From the NCBI GenBank assembly GCA_964016885.1, contig OZ024743.1, positions 355,818,001 through 355,882,000 on the forward strand: a stretch of 64,000 nt of DNA. The letters run 5' to 3'. The translations under genes were made by a program, and so were the position numbers. Below the pieces are notes generated by a model, which saw nothing but the letters and a program-made list of their open reading frames with translations, was not told the DNA's origin and searched no databases. The DNA comes from Eledone cirrhosa (lineage: Eukaryota). Positions 44,283-57,479 of this stretch are shown one piece after another (within the stretch, counting starts at the first letter, position 1; each line of letters starts with the position of its first letter).

Positions 44283-44944
44283 TCTATATATATAAAGTTG
44301 TAGTTCCTGTATGTTTGTTTGTTCACGAACTCCTCCTATGGTTTTGGAGATAGACCCCCATAACCATATATATATTCTGAAACTACATTGCTCATGGTAT
44401 TTAGATAAGTATATTTCATTTTAATCAAAGGGTTCCCTGGCGGGCACAAATCCCCGCTGAAAATGTTTCCCTTCGATTTATATGAAATTTAAACCATAGG
44501 TAAATGACAAGATATGATGCCTATTCGCAGAATTTCAGCAAATTTCAATAATATTAAGACACCCTAATGGGGGTTAAACCCCTTATTAGGGTTCCCCGGG
44601 AGCACAACTCCCTCGCTGAAAATCTTTCCCTTCGATTTATATGAAATTTAAGCCGTAGGTAAATGACAAGATATGATGCCTATCCACAAAAGTTTTGAAT
44701 TGATATTTTGCAAAAAATTATTTACAAGAAACAAAATAAGAATAAGATTTAATAATGTAATTTTGATTTGATATATTACAAAAAATAATGTTTTCCAATT
44801 TTTCATGCATTACATTTTACATTGAGTAATATTGAAATGCAGAGTTGTTCTTCATAAATTATATCACTGATTTAAAATCAATCATTTTCTTAGATAAAAA
44901 AAAAAAAATGTGTGAAACGCAGCAAGGCGCGGGTAATTCGGCTA

Positions 44945-44945
<1 letters not shown>
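44283..44945 (+). mobile_element. Non-autonomous Helitron
   Basis: Starts A|TCTATATATATAAA and ends with the GC-rich stem cgcagcaaggcgcg then CTAG|T. There is no TSD, and an internal ~95-bp duplication is present (44429 and 44588). Confidence 0.8.
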
Positions 44946-45004
<59 letters not shown>

Positions 45005-45006
45005 AC

Positions 45007-45079
<73 letters not shown>

Positions 45080-45120
45080 CATATATATATATACATATAT
45101 ATATATACATATATATATAC

Positions 45121-45153
<33 letters not shown>

Positions 45154-45168
45154 CATATATATATATAC

Positions 45169-45199
<31 letters not shown>

Positions 45200-45200
45200 C

Positions 45201-45279
<79 letters not shown>

Positions 45280-45324
45280 TAGATAGTTAGGTAGGTAGAT
45301 AGATAGTTAAATAGATAGATAGAT

Positions 45325-45406
45325 CTCCCTACCATGGTTTCGTATGGGGAAGAACCATTATTGGAACCACCAATAATTGGAGAATCCACCAAACTCTTCA
45401 GGGGAG
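45325..45406 (-). ncRNA. Type I hammerhead ribozyme motif with long stem II
   Basis: Minus strand reads CTCCC-CTGAAGA-gtttgg...ccatac-GAAAC-CATG-GTA^GGGAG, with a perfect 5-bp stem I and palindromic ACCATGGT. Confidence 0.8.
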
Positions 45407-45680
45407 TTTAATTCTTCGAGAGCTAACAGAAATTGAACAAGATATACTACATAATGTTTCATTTGCCAAGGCAGAATGCTCCTTAATTTATCGAGTCGTA
45501 CCAGCTGGTCTTTTGGCTGCTATTTCTACCGACATTATAAGACTGTCATGTAGTCCTAATATGCTAGGGGATTTTAATAACAAAACACTACGTATGTTTT
45601 TATTCCACCATGCTGCCTCAGCAAAGGAAATAGTATGTATTATATCTTGTTCAATTTCTCTTAGCTCTTGAAGAATTAAA

Positions 45681-45762
45681 CTCCCCTGACAAATATGGCG
45701 GATTCTTCAATTATAGGTTGTTCCAATAATGGTTCTTCCCCATATGAAACCACGGTAGGGAG
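45681..45762 (+). ncRNA. Hammerhead motif, inverted paralog of 45325-45406 (core variant CTGACAA)
   Basis: CTCCC-CTGACAA-ATATGG...CCATAT-GAAAC-CACG-GTA-GGGAG. Confidence 0.6.
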
Positions 45763-46005
45763 GTTTATATATAAGCGAGGTTAGATAGAATTCTTTGTCT
45801 ATCTTATTTGTACTCCTATAATAAGAGTTTTTTTCTCACTTGATTTTAATATTTAATATTGTTTCTCTGAGAGATTTCTCTCATTGAAACGTTTAAATAA
45901 AGTGTTCGTAGGAGGGATAAAGGAAAGGAGCACTTGAATAAGAGCTAATAACAACAACAACAACAACAACAACAATAATAACGTGTGTGTGTGTCCATAC
46001 ACATA

Positions 46006-48320
46006 TAATTGTTTCTATTTTTGGCACAAGGCCAGCAATTATTCCAGAACATTACTGGTACTTTATTTTATCGACCCCGTAAGGATGAAAGGCAAATTTA
46101 ACCTCGGTGGGATTTAAAATCAGACTGTAAAGGGCCGTAACTTTATGCTGCAAAGCATGGTGTTCGACTCTCTAACAATATTACTAATCCAACGCCCCCA
46201 ATCTAACACATTTAATGATAAGCAATATGAGAGGGAAAGGCAAATAAATAAAAGATAGATTGTACAAAAAAAAAACGATAATAATTATTTCTACTTTAGG
46301 CACAAGGCCATCAATTACTCAGTACATTACTGGTACTTTATTTTATCGACTCCGTAAAAAAACGATAATAATGATTTCTACTATAGGCACAAGGTCAGTG
46401 ATTATGTGGAGGGAAAGTTTTATTAAATCTACCCCAGTACGTTACTGGTACTTTATTTTATTATAGTTAATCTCGGCGGTAGTTGAACAAAGACGGCGAT
46501 AATAATTGTTTCTACTTTTGGCACAAGGCCAGCAATTATTCCAGTGTATTACTGGTACTTTATTTTATCGACCCCGTAAGGCTGAAAGGCAAAGTTAACC
46601 ATGACGGGATTTGAACTCAGATCATAAAAGATAAAAGATGAAGGAGATTAAAGAAACAAAAGATTTGAAAGAGAAATTATAAAAAGTTTTAAATATTTTA
46701 CATGGTAATAAAGAAAGACTGTTCACGTGATCGGATGACGTTGTTTAGCCCCAGGTCAACCCTAATGGAGTAAACCTATAATCAAAGAAAATCCTAGCTG
46801 TTACTATCCGGGGTTTCTTTTTCCTATGTGAAAAAAACAAAAAACAAGGAACACATCATCCAGCGTGTTCTTTTTTGAGGATAGGGTGTAACTTGAGGTA
46901 GGTTTAGTTGCTATTTCTAGCAGGTCAGATGACCACGTAGTCTTCTTCATTGGCTCATTGTATGAAAACTGTAAATGCGAAGACAATGGTGATGTAAGAG
47001 ATATACTGTCCACGTAATAATTGTTTCTACGTTAGGCACAAGGCCAGCAATTACCCAGTGTATTACTGGTACTTTATTTTATCGACCCCGTAAGGATGAA
47101 AGGCAAAGTTAACCTCAGCGGGATTGTAATAATAATCATTATTTCTGTTTTTATTTATTTATTATTTATTTATTTATTCTTTAACCCTTTAGCATTTAAA
47201 CCGGCCATATACGGCAAAAATTCTTTCACCTCTTTCTGTTCAAGCTGGCTGTAACCGGCCACTCATACTGTTAAGGTATTATTCTCAAACTAAATAAAAA
47301 CAAAATCTCATAAATTCAATATTATGTAAGATAAAGCTTTTAGTGTGAAAATAGAATAGTAAACACAGAGTGTTGGAAATGCTATAGGGTTAATATTCAA
47401 ATGTTAATAATGAGTTCTACTATAGTCACAAATCCAGTAATTTGGGGGAAGGGGAAAGTCGATTAAATCGACTCCAGAGAATTACTGGTGCTTTATTTTA
47501 TCGACCCGCTAAAAATGAAAGGCAAAGCTAACCTCGGTGGGATTTGAACTCAGAATATAAAGGACCGTCACTCTATGCCGCGAAGCATGGTGTCCGACGC
47601 TCTACTGATACTCACAATCCACTGCCCTCGTCGGTGGGATTTGAATTTAGAACGCAAAGGGCCGTAACTCTATGGTGTCAGACGCTCTACCGCTACTGTG
47701 AATCCTCCGCCCTAATAATAATGTTTCTAGTTTTGACACAAGGCCAGCAATTACCCCAGTATATTACTGGTACTTTATTTCATCGACCCCGTAACATTTA
47801 TCTAGTGCCATAAATCTATTAAGAAAATCTTCATATGCGCCCTAGTTGTCCATTTTTAGGGAATAACTTTTATATCCATAGATATATTAAAGTTCTTTTG
47901 GCTTTATAAAAAAAAATGTCAGTATGATTCATTTATGTAGGAATTTGAAAATAATTTACTCGTGGATTTTGTTGTTATTATTTTTAATGTACCAAGGGCG
48001 GTGGATAGACAGAATCGGTAGAGCGTCAGACAAGCTTAGCGATTAGAGTTACGGCTCTTTACGCTTGGAGTTCAGATCCCGCCGAGGTTAGCTTTGCCTT
48101 TCTTCCTTACAGGGCCGATAAAATAAAGTACCAGTAACACACTGGGGTCGATTTAATCGACTTTTCCCTCCCTCCATGTGCCTAGATCAGAAATCATTTA
48201 CGATCTGAGTTCAAATCCCGCCGAGGTTGACTTTGCCTTTCATCCTTACGGGGTCGATAAAATAAAGTACCAGTAATGAACTGGTAATTGCTGGCCTTGT
48301 GCCTAAAGTAGAAACAATTA
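46006..48320. mobile_element. Cluster of SINE A copies and fragments, both orientations
   Basis: Consensus matches near 46006, 46280, 46370, 46501, 47017, 47410 and 47715 (minus), and near 47996 and 48198 (plus). Confidence 0.8.
47185..47389. mobile_element. piggyBac-type MITE
   Basis: TTAA TSDs and TIRs CCCTTTAGCATTT / AAATGCTATAGGG. Confidence 0.8.
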
Positions 48321-50067
48321 TTTTTATAATTCGATTTAAAAGCTAACATCGATATTGCATTTCCTATTATTAGAGAAAGTTGGTTCTATAGGGCTGGAGG
48401 TGATTTAGAGAAAGTCCGATCACAGTTCTTCGTTCTAGTACTTGATACCATGAGGGGTTCATTCAAACTTGATCGCAATCACATCGTTGAATCTCATTCA
48501 TTTCACTAAACAGTTCACTTATGTATTGATGAGCAAACATATTTAAAGCTTTGAATGTTAGAATGGGACTGCCCCACAGTGGTAAGAACATAAGCATACG
48601 CACACACACGCATACAGAGAAATAAACACACATACATACACGCGCATATATATATACACACACACATACACGTGCACACACACACACACATATATATATA
48701 TATAATAGGAATATTGTAAATGAAAGCATACACGATGTTTGTGTATAATACGAATTTTTTTATAGCTGTGACACGATCACAGCATTAATAAGAACTTTGC
48801 TCAGCCCGCGGAACCGTCCAGGTGCAGTTACCCACGTATGATCAGTCATGACTGCAGGGGGGCCTATCCCCTCCCCACACACTTTCGCGCGTACACACAT
48901 ACATATATATAGTGTGTATGTATATAGGAGTATAGCTAATATTAGCAAGATAATAATTAGAACAGTATATCATATCCTGATATGATATATGTTATTATTT
49001 CATCTAACATACCAAATAATGTATTGTTGTTCCGTGTTACACAGGTGACATTTATCATCCATTGTGACAGGTTTTATAGATATTCCATTCCATGCATATC
49101 GTAATGATAGCTGATTCCTCATCATAAATTGTTGTTTCTTTTCTAGTCAAGCTGCATAATTTGTTGATTTTTGTTTTATTTTTCCTTTTCATTCTTTCTT
49201 TTTTCCCCCCGAAACTAGGGAGAGTTCGTTATTTAAATGTAGAACATTCAGTTCATGAAAATACCGGAGAATATATTCATGGTTCTTCAAAATTGTCATT
49301 TGATTTGCCATTTTTATGTCCGTTTTGGCAGTTACCATAGCTATTGGAATTCTCATCCAGATTCTTACGAGAATTTCATTGCTGCTCAAATGATTGATTT
49401 ATTACTGTAGAGGCCATCATATTCTGCCGTGGCACTGAGAAACTTTTCGTTAGTTAGAAAGATAGCGTGCAATATTAATATATACTTGCTTTCTGCAACT
49501 ATCTTGTGATATTCAACAGTTACAGCAGCTTCCTAGTCTTTAACATACTTATTATCTGCTACTGAATAATATTTGATTTTCTGATGTAAGTAAGCGGTGA
49601 TTTTAACTTACGTTAGTTACTTGTAATGTGTACAATCTATTGTGTGTAATACTGAAAATAGGTCGCTTTAGTAATCTACCCAAATACTCAGGTGGAAACC
49701 ATAGTAAAGTGTTTAATAACATCGTTACCTCCATACTAACATAGCTTACTATGTAACTCCACATTGCATCAGCCATAATAAATAACACTGATGATGACGA
49801 CGAAGACAATATCATCATCATCATTATCGGTTTTACATCTGTTATTCCATTCTCACAAGCGTTGGACGAACGCCGAATTTTTTCTGGGTTTCGTGTGGTG
49901 TTAATTACGACTGGCACTAATTTTCATCTGAGTGGACTGGAGCAATGTTAAATGAAATACCTTGCTCAAGAACACAACACACAACCCGGCGCTGGAATCG
50001 CATCCATAATTTTATGACCGTGAGACCAGCACTTTCACCACTAACTTACGTGCCTTCGACCTGTTGA

Positions 50068-50533
50068 CAATAATTATTTCTAGTGTAGGCACAAGGCCAG
50101 TAATTTTTTTTTTTGGGGGGGGGGAGGGAGTCGATTATATCGCCCACAGTACGTTACTGGTACTTTACTTTATCAACCCTGTAAGGATGAAAGGCAAAGC
50201 TAACCTTGGCGGGATTTGGACTCAGAACGTTAAGGGCCGTAACTCTATGCTGCAAAGCATGGTGTCAGGCGCTCTACCGATACTGCCAATCCACCGCCCT
50301 ATTCATTATGAAATAATTGTTTCAACTATAGGCACAAGGCCAGCAATTTGAAGGAGAGGGGGAAGTCAATGAAATCGATCCCAGTGTATTATTGGTGCTT
50401 TATTTTATCGACCCTGTAAGGTTGAAAGGCAAAGTTAACCTCGGCGGGATTTGAACTCAGATCATAAAAGGACGTAACTCTATGCTGCAAAGCATGGTGT
50501 CGACGCTCTACTGATACTGCCAATCCACCGCCC
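50068..50533 (-). mobile_element. Two tandem SINE A copies
   Basis: The family consensus occurs twice. Confidence 0.85.
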
Positions 50534-50630
50534 TATACATGATGAAATAATAAATATACATCCAAGCAGCTTAATAATAAAAAAGTTGCTTATTACTAAA
50601 TCTCTTCAATTTTTTTTTTATTATTTTCAT

Positions 50631-50810
50631 TGGCAGTATCGGTAGAGGGTCGGACGCCATGCTTTCCAGCATAGTTACGTCCCTTTACGGTCTGAGTTCA
50701 AATCCCGCCGAGGTTGTCTTTGCCTTTCATCCTTACGGGGGTCGATAAAATAAAGTACCAGTAATGCACTGGGTCATTGCTGGCCTTGTGCCTAAAGTAG
50801 AAACAATTAT
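50631..50810 (+). mobile_element. tRNA-derived SINE family A, near-consensus copy
   Basis: A-box TGGCAGTATCGG, B-box GAGTTCAAATCC, central gcctttcatccttacggggtcgataaaataaagtaccag, and an (ATT) tail. Confidence 0.88.
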
Positions 50811-52056
50811 TTTCAAAACTAGTTCAAAATCACAGGCAGCGTAAAATATGGTAACAAAAGGGTTGATGTTTTTAATTTAATTTTGCATTTCTATAAATTC
50901 AACAAATTCTACTCAATCTAAATTCTATAAAAAAACCACTTATGGCTGTTTTTCTACATCACTCACACGAAGGATTGAAGAATATAACTGGTACGAAAAA
51001 GATATCGTTGTATCAGTTATGTCAAAAGTAACACAAAACCAACTACCAAGAAATCTTCAGAAGAGGCTGCCAAACGTTTCTTTTAAAAGAATATAATAGA
51101 GTATTTTCTATATGAGTATTGAGTGCTTTGCCTGTTAATGTTTGAATTTTTTAATCTAAGATTGTACATAAAACACTCGTGGAAATATGTATATTTATAC
51201 GCACATAAATGCTACCATACACATACATGAGTATACACACATAAAGGCATTATATATATATACACACATATATATATCCATATATACATACACATATATA
51301 TATATGTATACATATATATATATATATATACACACACATATATATATGTATACATATATATATACACACACACACATATATATATATAAATATATACACA
51401 GACATATATATATATGTGTGTATATAAGTATATATATATAGACACACACACAAGCATATACAGATATATTTATGTATATATATACATATATATTTATTTA
51501 TTTGTATATGTATGTATATATATATATATATATTTGTATATGTATGTATATATAGATATATTTGTATATGTATATATATATATTTATTTATTTGTATATG
51601 TATGTGTGTATTTATATATATTATGTATATATATGTATATTATGAATACACACACACACATATATATATATATATACACAGACACATATACATTTGATAA
51701 ATTCAAAATGACGTATTTATTGCTGAGGTTTCTCACTGGAAACTGTCTTCGGGTAAAATAGTTACAGCAGTTACCACTCCTAATAAAAAGCAAACAAACA
51801 TTAAACAATAACAGCAAAGAATTCAACAAACAAATAACTCGTAATAAATTCGCCATATAGAATTTCTCAATTTCCAATACATATATACTAGCATAGTATC
51901 CGTAAAAAGTGACGGAGTTTATAGAAAAAACATTATTTAATTTGATAATACCTTGATTATAACATTCTATGTAAAAATGCTTGACTCCTCGAGCTTTCCC
52001 AAACCTTCTGCCACTTGTCACTCCAGCCAATATATATAAATGTGAGTGTGTGTGTG

Positions 52057-52797
52057 AAAACTGATCGCTAGAACAGCCATTAAAACAGCTAAATGTTGTC
52101 AAAGACAGCGATAGGCAAATATGCCTCAGAGAGACCAGCGGTCAACAGAGAAACAATCCACAAGGTGGGTGACGGGTAGATGAAATATAGAAATGAGTGA
52201 AAGAGGGGGGGGGGGTCAAGGGGAAGTGTGTAGGCGCATAGAAGTGACTAGGAAAATAAAAAGAAAGGCAATATACAAGACAAGTTTACACACACACACA
52301 CCCATCTTCACCCTCATCAGCTCTCAAACCAGCGAATGGCTTCGCACGATTTAATAGAGAATACCATTTTAAAATGTTGGATCGTGCAACAGAAAAAAAA
52401 AATCTTTCTGCTGGTATGATGTGTGTGTGATAAAACAAACAGAACAGATAGAAGGACGAAAGAAAACAAAGAAAAGAAAATAATAGGATAGTGGATCTCA
52501 AGCTGTGGTGTCTATCCTAAATAGAAAACTAATCATAGCTATGATAGAGTTAAATAAAACAAAAAACACTGTTGCCTCTGATCGAAACGAATCGAGTGTG
52601 TATGTGAATACATATAAAAATAAGAAAACTCATGTGCCAATACACTTCTCTTCCAGTCATTTCTATATTTCATCTGCCTGTCACCCACCTTGTGGATTGT
52701 CTCTCTGTTGACCACTGGTCGTTGGTGGGTGTCTGTCTTTGACAGCCTTTAACTGTTTTAATGGCTGTTCTAGTAATGAATTTTCTCATTTATATAT
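52057..52797. mobile_element. Element bounded by ~140-bp imperfect inverted repeats
   Basis: ctagaacagccattaaaacag...ggtcaacagagaaacaatccacaaggtgggtgacgggtagatgaaatatagaaatga (52057-52196) has its reverse complement at 52657-52797. Confidence 0.75.
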
Positions 52798-53383
52798 GCA
52801 TTCAAATACACTCACTTCATCTCAATAAGAGAAAACATTGTTTATTTTTCATATATATATATTTGGGGAGGGTCATGTTGTTATAATATTGCCAGAAAGA
52901 TATAGTAAAACACACTAACAGTGAGTATGTTTTACTGTATCTTTCTGGCAATATTTTAGCAACATGACCCTCCACAAATATAACAATATTTAATTTGATT
53001 AGTGTCAACTTAAATTTAGTGTTTATCAGCGATATAGTTCATTACTCACTATGGTCAACCAGAGGAACAGAATTTCAAATGAATTTAGATGAGCCGTCGA
53101 AAATTATACAATAAATGTCGTCCTGTCACTGATATTGCCTCTGTATTAAATATTTCACTAACGAATGTTAGTGTACACATTATACAAATTTATTCTTTTT
53201 CACTAACGGATGTTAGTATACACATTATACAAATTTATTCTTTTTATGTGTGTCTGTGTATATGTCCCATGACTTATAGATTTAAAAAAAAAAAAGTACC
53301 AGACTTGAAAAAAGTAGTATTGGAGCCGATGGTATAGACCAAATGTGGCTGGTGCCCCACCATGAAACCAGTAAAAGAATAAC

Positions 53384-53571
53384 AATTATTTCTACTTTTA
53401 GCACAAGGCCAGCAATTATCCCAGTGCATTACTGGTGCTTTATTTTATCGACCCCGTAAGGATGAAAGGCAAAGTTAACGGCGAGATTTGAACTCAAAAC
53501 GTAAAAGGATGAAACTCCATGCTGCAAAGCATTGCGTCCGATCCTCTACTGATACTGTCAATCCACAGCCC
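53384..53571 (-). mobile_element. SINE A with target-site duplication
   Basis: Consensus match. ccagtaaaagaataa flanks both sides (~53368 and ~53570). Confidence 0.85.
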
Positions 53572-54209
53572 AGTAAAAGAATAATAATACAATACAGAAT
53601 TAATTTTTTTTTCTTTCTCCAAGAAACAGCGGAAGACTTGAAAGCTTAAACAAATTTAAATATTCAAATTTGTTTTCAAACATTTCATCATTCTCATTAT
53701 CAGTTTTACATCCATTTTTTCATGCAGAATTCTGTCAGATATTTTTCATCGCTGTTTTATTTCAAAAGTAAATGACAAATTTTTGCTGCTGAGAAATGGT
53801 ATTTCGGTTGAGGCAGAAAAGTAAATATTACCGCGAGCGTGAGAGAAAGCAGGGGCACACACACATATCCTTGCTAGTAAGGGTTGGACGGGTTGTCACT
53901 AAGTCAGTGTTTGGTGCCACTAAACACTTAGATGGACAGAAAGCCTCATCTCGCATTTTACAGAATGCACTAGGCAGGTGGTCATGTCTTTGAAATAATG
54001 AAGAGTCCTCTCCGCCATTTATATACATAGGTGTAGATATATATTTGTGTATGTAAAGCCTGATTAATAATGCTAAACGGTATATTGTATCTATGGGTTC
54101 AAGTATCACAGGTTGTTCTGAACAAATATTTTCTGCCAGTCTTTATATGCTGAACTTATTAAACTACTTTTCATAGTCGTCAACCTTGTTCCTTCTAACT
54201 TACAAATTC

Positions 54210-54567
54210 AATATTTATTTACTTTACCGGTTTCACAGTTCTTATGATTTTCAAAAGTAAAATTGAGATGTAGGGTTTGTGTTTCTGCTGTACTTTGAGA
54301 AACATCATCATCATCCTTTGAAGGCAGTCGGAACACTCTTGACAATCCCTTTCCACACTGTTCGGTTCTGCATTGATGTCCCCAGATCCCTTATGTTCAA
54401 TCCTGAGTCCCGAGCTATGGTGTCTGGGAAAGTCAGTTTTCGTGAATAGACACACCCAGAGGGAGAGATGAAATGATTTCTTTGTCGGCTCGAGAAACAA
54501 ACCTTCCATCTCAATTTTATTTTTGAAAATCATAAGAACTGTGAAACCGGTAAAGTAAATAAATATT
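54210..54567. repeat. Inverted-repeat element (~75-bp arms) related to 25933-26205
   Basis: aatatttatttactttaccggtttcacagttcttatgattttcaaaa / ttttgaaaatcataagaactgtgaaaccggtaaagtaaataaatatt. Confidence 0.85.
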
Positions 54568-55280
54568 AGGAAAAGATTCCAGTTGCATTTTCAATTTCCT
54601 TTCCTTATATTTTTACCCGTGTGGGTCATTAAAAAAAAACTTCATCTTATACATAGATATATATGTATATATATATATATACACACAGCGACCAGCTAAG
54701 TATACGGAGTATGTTTGTCCGCTCCCAGAATGGGGTTCGAGACTTTTACATGTGAGGTGTGTGGACGTGTATGTCAAAGCTTGGACTACTAAGTCATAGT
54801 AGATCTCATACTCATGGAAGTAAAATATTTGAATACCCCTCCATATTTCGACATAGCAGGAAACGGAAAAAATCTCTCTACACTCACACATAAACTTCCT
54901 ATACACTTGAATTTTTGGGGATTGTCACAAACCATTCTATAGATTTGACTACGTAACACAAAATGGACATGAATTCCTTTTGAATTGTCACTAGCTACGT
55001 TCACTGCACCATGGGGTGCAAAATCTACAAAAAAAAAAATCTATTCTTAATCACTTGATCAATTTTTGGTGCAGAAAGCTACACAAATCTAAACCTCATC
55101 AGGTGATCTTCCACAACCAATCCAAGTGTGCTTTAAATAGATAGCAATCTGAGCCACATTGAGAATCATCAAAACGTGAAACCAGTGAAGTTATTAATAT
55201 ATTTTCTTAAACACCAGTTGCATTTCCAGCTTCTTTTTCCTGTATGTATATATGCATGTATGTATGTATGTATGTATGTA

Positions 55281-55906
55281 TATATGTATGTATGTATGTG
55301 TCAGGTCACCAGTTGGTGCTACTGGTAACATGTATCCCAGTACAACCTGTCTCATGGTCGGGACGTTGGCGACTAAACTGGCAACCCCACCAAGGTTTCT
55401 TGGTGAGGAGGGTGACTTTGGACATCCTGCAGGACTAAAAACAAAACCTGTCAAAGGGCAAAGGAGCTCTTAAGAGTCAATGGCCATCCAAAATCACTGG
55501 GAGAGATGACCCCTTAGCCTTTGTCAAGGCAGAATTCTAGGAGAAGGAAAACTCTGATATAACACCTGCAACCCTGATGGTATCCAATGATGTTGACTTG
55601 TTCTTCTTTTTGGTAAATATCATCTTGGTTAAGAGAGTGGGACTGGCTTTGTGCAGTGCCTTTGCTCACTATAAAAGCGTCACGGCACAGGCATTGCTTT
55701 ATATCTGGAGATCTCTCCACTTGTCGTCACATGGTACCAAGGGCAAAGCACTATGTGTCAATAATTGTCACAGGTGTAGTGTTTGTACCAGAGTTTTCAA
55801 GTCGCTGGCTGGACTAAAAAGTCACACTCGTTCAGCGCATCGGTAGGGGTTCTCCTACATGGATATAAAGTAGTGGCCGTACTCGAAAACGAGTTGACAG
55901 CCACCA
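55281..55906 (+). mobile_element. Internally deleted RTE-like non-autonomous LINE derivative
   Basis: An RTE-like 5' UTR is joined to a C-terminal C2H2 finger (CSVCTRVFKSLAGLKSHTRSAH*), with (ATGT)n at both ends. Confidence 0.6.
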
Positions 55907-56362
55907 TGTATGTATGTATGTATGTACATACATACATACATACACACCTACAATAGGCTTTGTATAGTTTCCATCTACCAAACTCACTCAGAAAGCACTG
56001 GTTCTCCTAGGACTATGGTAGAAGACATTCATTATTTGTTCAAAATGTCATGCAATGGGATAGAAATTTTTAAACAGTCATGCTTCTGTCTCATCTATTT
56101 CAAGAATTTAAACATCGAAATTGAGGTCAATGTGAAATTTTAAACTGAACCTAAAGTGTCCTAACGACTCTAAACAATTTATCACCCTAATTATAATTGT
56201 TTCAAATTTAGGCGCATAGTAGTTTGCAGGGAGGAGAAACCGATTATATCGACCCACAGAATTTGGCTGGTACAACTCCAAAACAAAAGGCAAAGTTGAC
56301 CATGTCACAAATCATATCAACTGACACTCTAACAACAACAACAACAACAACAACAATAATAA

Positions 56363-56595
56363 TAATGACTTCTGAATTAGGCACGAGGACAGCAATTTTT
56401 TTTGGAGGGGGGGGGGGGGGGGGTCGATTGAATCGACCGCAGTGCGTAACTGGTACTTTATTTTATCGACCCCGTAAAGGATGAAAGGCAAAGTTAACCT
56501 CGGCAGGATTTGAACTCAGATCATAAAGGGCCGTAACTCTATGCTGCAAAGCATGGCGTCCGACCCTTTACCGATACTGTCAATCCGCTGCCCCT
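56363..56595 (-). mobile_element. SINE family A
   Basis: Consensus match. Confidence 0.8.
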
Positions 56596-57049
56596 TGATG
56601 ATGATGATGATAATAATAATAAGAATGTTATAATTTTTTTATCTGATTATTTTATTTTGGAAGGGTTATTTTTTTATTTTATTTTATCTTTTTTTAATTT
56701 ATATATTTTCAGACCCGTAAAATAATTAAACAAAATAGTTAGAAAAACATATAAATAAAAAAAAAAATAAAAACAACGGGAGTAGAAATTTCTCATTGAA
56801 ATTCAGATTGTGATTAATCTCCAGTAGGGTGGTCACAGATGGCAGGACTGACGATGTAATTAGCAGACATACCCAGCTTCCAGCTACACAAAAACCACAC
56901 TAACAGCTGCAATATGACAAAAAAGTAGCTTCTGATATTGTTTTACATTTTTGTTTTCTCTTCTGGTCAAGTAGAACCAGTAACCACATACATGTTACAT
57001 CTTTGGTCACTTTCAGTTTGTTGCATCACATGTTAAGTCAGTTCCAGCC

Positions 57050-57297
57050 ACCTGTGTCGCATTTCTGGTTACTTCAAGCCACTCATATCGCATCTGTGTT
57101 CACTTCAAGCCACCCATATCGCATCTGTGTTCACTTCAAGCCACCCATATCGCATCTGTGTTCACTTCAAGCCACCCATATCGCATCTGTGTTCACTTCA
57201 AGCCACCCATATCGCATCTGTGTTCACTTCAAGCCACCCATATCGCATCTGTGGCCACTTCAAGCCACCCATATCGCATCTGTGGCCACTTCAAGCA
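57050..57297. repeat. 31-bp minisatellite, ~7.5 copies
   Basis: cacttcaagccacccatatcgcatctgtgtt repeated at 57101, 57132, 57163 and onward. Confidence 0.95.
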
Positions 57298-57448
57298 GTT
57301 AATAATCAAACAACTGGTGATGAGGATGATGATGATGATGAATATAAATTGAAAGAATTCTTTCCTTGAGGCCTCAACTCCTGATGGAGTCATAGTATGC
57401 CATGGATAGTAACATACCCAAGGTTTTACCACAGCCGATTTCTTCTAA

Positions 57449-57479
<31 letters not shown>

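Noticed and set aside
50631-50710. tRNA gene
   Set aside because: It has A/B boxes, but the spacing and continuation into a ~20-copy repeat body indicate a SINE head. No cloverleaf is evident.
55049-55107. Minus-strand hammerhead atcac-CTGATGA-GGT..ACC-AAAAA-TTGATCAA-gtgat
   Set aside because: GAAA and the cleavage triplet are mutated, so it is at most an inactive relic. Similarly weak relics near 10045-10088, 45865-45895 and 53083-53115 were not listed.
57003-57369. ORFs with repeated HPYRICVHF / CSLQATH resembling zinc fingers
   Set aside because: They are three-frame translations of a 31-bp minisatellite, whose period is not a multiple of 3.
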